From Monocercomonoides exilis PA203 (taxonomy: Eukaryota; Protista; Preaxostyla), in NCBI GenBank assembly GCA_001643675.2, contig LSRY02000023.1, positions 496,001 through 560,000 on the forward strand: a stretch of DNA of 64,000 bases, read 5' to 3'. Positions 58,401-64,000 of this stretch are shown here, in pieces. Position 1 is the first letter of the stretch; each line of letters begins with the position of its first letter. The notes beneath the pieces were generated by a model that was given only the letters and a program-made list of their open reading frames with translations, had not been told where the DNA came from and searched no databases. Both the position numbers and the translations under genes were made by a program.

Positions 58401-60087
58401 AAACGAAGAATGTTTTATGATATGAGTGAAAGAAACACGCAAGCCATTTTTTTCTCTCTCATTTACCAACAGAAATTGAACTCTTCACATGAAAAGAACA
58501 AATGCGATAATTCAGCTGCCATCTCACCAGAACGAACAGAGTGGCTGACATCCATATTCAATATTCAAGTATTTATCAACACCAATCCAGATTCTTCGAA
58601 CAGACAAACGAGGATAAAGTAACCTTTCTTCCAAATGCAGCGTTTTTCATTCTCTTTTGCTGCTTTCCATTCATGATATTTATCAGACTTTTTCTTATTC
58701 ATCATCTTTCTCACCTTCTGCAATTTCTTCAATAACACATTTTCAGGTCGATCCTTCATTTGTTTTGATCGATTATCCGCTGCTTCTTCCCACCAAGCAA
58801 TCATCCGCTCTCCTTTCAGAATAGAAAGTCACCTTCCATTAAAATCTTTCTTTCCCAGTTTTTTCAACGACTCATTCGCTCTACGTTTCGAACTCAGCTG
58901 CAAAGACATCACTGCCTGAACAGCATCTGCAAAATGAGCTGTCTGGCATTCAGTGAGACGATATAAATAAAGACGAGAAATACACAACGAAGCAAATTGT
59001 GGAATAATTGTCCTGAACTGTGCAATTCATTCTGAAGCCAAAACAGAAAGTGAAGAAAATCACTTAAATACTTTGGGAAGTTCGATGATACAAAAGGTGC
59101 TGTTTGTGCAATGGGCAGCACATGCGATCCAACAACAAGTTCAGAGATCCATATCTCATCCTTTGTTAACAACACTTGCATTTCATCGAAACTTTCATTG
59201 TTGGAAGTTCTGGAATCAATGGAAAAAGATGATTAAGAAAAGTCTTATGGAGATAAGGAATCAATTGAAGAAACCATTTTTGAAGATATCGTTGGATTTA
59301 CAACATCAGAACTGGAAGCCGAAGACAACGAATACACAGATAATTCCTCTCAAATAAGCAAGAATCAAGTCATATGCACAGACGCTTTTTCTTTGCGATC
59401 GCATTCATCAGAAAAAATGATGCTTCAAATCCATCAATGCAAACGGATGAAGAAGAAATTAACGAAAGCATCATGAATGAAGACCAGGAAGAAGTTAACG
59501 TATAAAATATTGGATCAAATGGAAAAATAACTCAAAAAGCAACTGAAAACGTTTCAAAGAAATTTGAAATAAATATGTGAAAATTCCAATATTTTCCTCT
59601 TCATGGAATTTTGAATTGGTTAACGCATTCAATTTATTAGCATATCAATATATAGAAAGATTTGAGGATAACATCAGAGCCAATTGAAAAAGGCTTTTCG
59701 CAGAGTTCCTTTTTTTAAAAGGAAACACCGAATTTTCCATTAATAATACTATTAAAGAAATATCCATGGATCATTTCACTTTTCAATTCAAAATCGTTTA
59801 ATTATCAAAAAACATTTTATTGTTTATTCTAATAATTGTTATATTCTTTTTGAAAATAAATAAAAAAAAGAGTTTTCACAATTATTGCTGAAATGTTGGA
59901 ATGATTTCACGAAGTTCAAAGCTTTCTGATGTTACTACAGTTTTCTTGTTTTCAATTTTTCTTTTATGACTTCCAAATCCATTATCGACTCAATCTTTAG
60001 AAAATGCTGACACAACGTCATTTCCGATTATCAAAATGATTCTTTAATTCACAATGGCTGATTCAATCATTTCTTTGAGTAGCACTT

Positions 60088-61300
60088 TCATGTTATTCTT
60101 TTTTCCATATTTCTTTTCAGTAGTGAAATAACAAAACTTGGACTTGTTAACCTTTTGAAAGGAACTTCAAATTCGTCTGTCTTTGTTTTTTCTGGACACA
60201 TAATGTTTTCCGTATCATCGGAAACATACGGATTTGAAATCATGAATACCGGATTGATTGGAGACATTTCAGTAGTTCTGAATGAAAACTCCTTGTTCAA
60301 TAACGATGCTTCTCTTTTTTCTGAATCATATTCACGCTCAACAATTAATTTTCTTCTGTCAGCGGATTTCATTTTTTGTCCATCATTGCGCTCCTCCACC
60401 CACTTAATTTTCCTTCTCCTCATCAGCTTTCTGAATGCGTTTCGAAGAGGACAAGCATATCCAACATCAAAAGGTTGCATAATATGAGTCAAATTACCAG
60501 GCAGAGTGAAAACGAATATAGAATATTTTTCAAATATAACCAAAGCCGAAGAGCAAAGGCGTTATGGATCACAACCAAGTGTTAGAAAAAACAGGAGAAT
60601 GTGGTGAAGTCATTACAAGCGACCTGCATGATGAAATCCATGAGCAGAAATGAATATCATTGCAACAAAAAAGTGTTTATATCCATCCTTTCTGAATTAT
60701 TGATGTTGTTTTCGCATGACCAGTCTTTTTTTGAATTCCAGAAGTTCCAGAGGAACAGTTTTCAAAACAGAAACAATGATAAATTGTGGAAGTGCAATGC
60801 AAGATTGTCCAATTGTTGTCATAAGTGAAATACGATTATTTTGATGATTCTTTGGTGGAAGCAGGGTCTCATTTTTTTTGAACTGGCTTAATTAATTTTT
60901 GTGAAGAGGAAAAATCTGCATTCCATCAGTCTGCGTTAATAATATCAAGCTTGTTAATTGAAACCTTGACATCTTTGTCGAACCGAAATATTGAACCATA
61001 TCCTGATATTTGATATGTATGCTGAATTCAATTTGATAGTTGGAATTGACGAGAAATACAGAACTTTGAACTTATGCTTCGAAATGAATCCTGACACATA
61101 TGCTGGAAAAGACAGAACAAGTTGCTTATCAAAATGCTTTATTGGACAGAAACCAAACATATTTCTTCTTTCAATGGTTTTGCGTTATATCTATGCATTT
61201 CTGAGAAGTTCATTCGCTCAACTCTTGTGATGTTTTTCTTTAATGATTTTCAACTCATATGTTTCTCTTTCTAGAAAGAAAGCAAAACATGGTGTTGTGT
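60088..61300 (-). pseudogene. pogo/Tc5-like DDE transposase relic
   Basis: VFTLPGNLTHIMQPFDVGYACPLRNAF matches the LPxxxTHxxQPxDxG motif. Upstream fragments IINAD and GFISKH are broken by stops and frameshifts. Confidence 0.75.
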
Positions 61301-62261
61301 CGATTTCATTTTCACTCAAGAATTGGACTGTTCAATTACATCTGAAAATGCTTTGAATCTTATATGTCGTTTTGTTTAACATTTCAGATATCAAACGCAT
61401 TTTGTTATGGAAAAGTGTCAAAAGCAGCAATTCATATTTCAAACAAAGAATAAGCGTTTCGAATTTCAGACTTCGATTTAACATCTCGAAATCATTGTTC
61501 CCTTGATTCTTTTTGAACGTTGCACATTGTCTGAAATAAACAACGAACCGATAGAAACGGATATTTTATCATTATTTGTCATCATGGATAAATGTGATGC
61601 TAAAGAACATCAACCTTTGCACAAATTCATTTGTTTCAATTGAAATCAACAAATGAATAATATTTGGAATGAATGATAATAATAATTACGGAATTTGAAG
61701 CAACATTCATGAATGATCATCACTTTCAGTTTTCTTTTTTGCGAAACCATTGAAGAAATTCGTTTTTGATAGAATATTGTAATTTTCTAATGAAATAAAA
61801 AGTGCTTGTCTGTATTCGTGCTGACTCAAATGGCACACATTTTAAAAACAATGTTATCTGCACATGGATTATATTTTGCATTTTCAAGAATTGTCTCTCG
61901 TTTTTCATTTTCATTTATCTTTGTCACATTGTTGTTCTCGTGAAAAAGTTTTTAAAGGATATGAATCAACCAAATTACACTTTTAGAAAACGTTTTTATT
62001 TAAGTGAAAAAACAACGAAAATCATGAGGAAAGGCAAAGCAAATTCATGAAAAGAATTTTTCAAATATGGGTAATTTTCATTGAAAAATCATTTTTGTCA
62101 AATCTTTGAAACAGAAATAATTACACATTTTTTAAATAAATTTTGATTTCAACTCACAAAATTTCACCTAAATTAGAAAAACTATGTTGCAAAGTTTTTT
62201 TTCCCAAAAATTTTGAAATATTGTGAATTGGAACAAAACTTTCATCAAAAATTTGGATATA

Positions 62262-62665
62262 TAGTTAGTGTAAAAAATGGTGGGTGCTTTCAAGAATAGT
62301 GGACAGTTGCATTTTCTCGACAACCGTTTTCAGTTGCTTTTTGACAATTTCCCTAATTATTCCCTTATAGAATACAAGCTCATGTGAATTGTTAAAATCA
62401 CTTATCCAACACTGTGAAATTTTATCATAATTATTTATCTTTTGTGAGAAACTCAGGGAATCTTGTTTCTCCGAGTTTCTCCGAAAATTAAAAATGTTTT
62501 TTTTCATTCTGCAGAGCAAGTTGCTTCATTTTTGATAATAATATGAGTATGTTTTCATAGAAAAAAACAATTGTTTGAATTGAAGAAATGAAACTGTCAA
62601 CAGTTGTTGAGATAATTCCACTGTCCACTATTATTGAAGGTGTCCACCATTATTAACACGAACTA
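62262..62665. mobile_element. MITE with diverged ~80-bp TIRs and TA flanks
   Basis: TAGTTAGTGTAAAAAATGGTGG...AATAGTGGACAGT on the left versus ACTGTCCACTATT...CCACCATTATTAACACGAACTA on the right; TA on both sides. Confidence 0.75.
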
Positions 62666-63243
62666 TATTTCTTTTCTTTGAAAACAATTATAATATTAGA
62701 AAAATATTCTTTTTTTCAAAATTAAAAAAAGATAGAGTGAAGAAATACAAGAAAGAAGAATACTCAATATCAAAACCTCTTGAAAAAACGAACAATTCAT
62801 TAATCAAAATAAGAAACTTAAATTAATTCAGAAAAAGCTTGAAAGGAATAATATACAAAAGTATTTTATGAACAGTCTTCCAATAATGCCTTTTTCGTTG
62901 AAACATCACTTAATATGTTTATAACATTCTGTTTGAAGCAATAGGAGGGGAAAAGCATTTCGGATCTGATGAAGAACTGGGTGCTAACAAAAATATATCC
63001 ATTGTGTTTTTATTGATTGTTGAAAGAATAAAAAACCATTGTTATTCCAATAATACATCCAAAACGAAAATGCTTTTTATTTTTATTTTTTGAATTGAAA
63101 ACAACATTTGACTTCAAACAATCGAACATGAAAAAAAAAAAAGAGAATTCTCACAAAAACAAAAAACAGGTGAAAGAAAAAAGAAAATACAGAAAAAGCT
63201 ATTTTCCAAATTGGCCATATTAAAACCATGAACCGACAACGGC

Positions 63244-64000
63244 TTAAGCATCCAGTGAAGGTGGGTTGAAAACATACACAGGAATCCTGTATTCGCACTG
63301 AAGAATAGACACAATCGACATGATCGTCTGATACGCCCCGACTCTTCGGTTCAGCACCAGCGTCCTCCTTTTTGGCGTCTGCTGCATCGAGCTTTGCTTC
63401 AGTGGCACAGCTCCCAATTTCCCCTTTTTGTAAACATTACCCTCTCCACTTTTTTGGCTTTTCGCTTTTCTTTTCTCTTGCTCTTTCTGCTTCGTCTTCA
63501 TCATCATCTTCTGCTTCTGCTTCTCGTTTTGCTCGTGCTGCGTCTGCCCTTTTCTCGAATCGCTGCTGATTGCACAATCTTTGCCCTCCTGCTCCTCCGC
63601 TCCGGTCGACCCCGCCTCTTCCTCCTGCGACTCTCCACTCACACGCTCCAAATCCCCAATGAAGAAGTAGTCCTCCTCCTCGTAGTCATCTGCACCCCCC
63701 GCCGAGTCCTCAGACCCCTCGCTCAGCGCCTGCCCTTCACTCACCTCACATCCTGGCGCAAACTGTGCTGCTTTCTCGCTCGCCCCATTTCCTGCCATTT
63801 TGTATTTCTCTTTTCGTTCTTTCCTTTCCTTTGACTCTTTTGACTCTTTCGCATCCTTCGCATCCTTTTTCAGCTTCTTCTCCTTTTTCTCTCTTTTCTC
63901 TCTTTTCTCCTTCGCCTTCTGTGCAAGTTTCGCCTTTTTCGCCTCCCTCACCCGCTTTTCTCGCGCCTCCTTTCGCTTCCTCTTCTGCTCGTCTTTCTGC
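63244..64000 (-). CDS. Partial K/E-rich hypothetical protein exon running off the window end
   Basis: GC-richer ORF 63244-63951, open to the window edge. Confidence 0.55.
   Translation of the reverse strand, partial: QKDEQKRKRKEAREKRVREAKKAKLAQKAKEKREKREKKEKKLKKDAKDAKESKESKERKERKEKYKMAGNGASEKAAQFAPGCEVSEGQALSEGSEDSAGGADDYEEEDYFFIGDLERVSGESQEEEAGSTGAEEQEGKDCAISSDSRKGQTQHEQNEKQKQKMMMKTKQKEQEKRKAKSQKSGEGNVYKKGKLGAVPLKQSSMQQTPKRRTLVLNRRVGAYQTIMSIVSILQCEYRIPVYVFNPPSLDA

Overview
Eukaryotic, AT-rich, intron-containing genomic DNA using the standard genetic code. The style (Ser- and Glu-rich low-complexity genes, short GT-AG introns, a multicopy '...DLCEC...KEVEIALLALS...RNLTxLAY...KMEEEGYED' protein family) resembles an oxymonad such as Monocercomonoides; this assignment is inference. 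The window is a transposon-rich region with many decayed genes. Main structure: a Sola-like DDD transposase gene (~27.8-38.1 kb, +) that can be spliced in frame across (i) an intron carrying a 2.9-kb element with 188-bp TIRs and a 9-bp TSD that has captured two host-family gene copies (Pack-MULE-like), (ii) a 32x33-bp G-rich minisatellite and (iii) a 2,920-nt GT-AG intron made almost entirely of (TTTA)n. Other elements: a degenerate DIRS-type tyrosine-recombinase retroelement (53.3-57.6 kb) with ITRs, an internal complementary region and a hammerhead-like motif; a 1-kb foldback element; a 400-bp MITE; a pogo-like transposase relic. Host genes: at least six copies of the EEEGYED family (three spliceable), a disabled USP, an Sfi1-like protein and a charged-helix protein with IQ-like repeats. 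All calls come from reading the sequence by eye; no searches were run.
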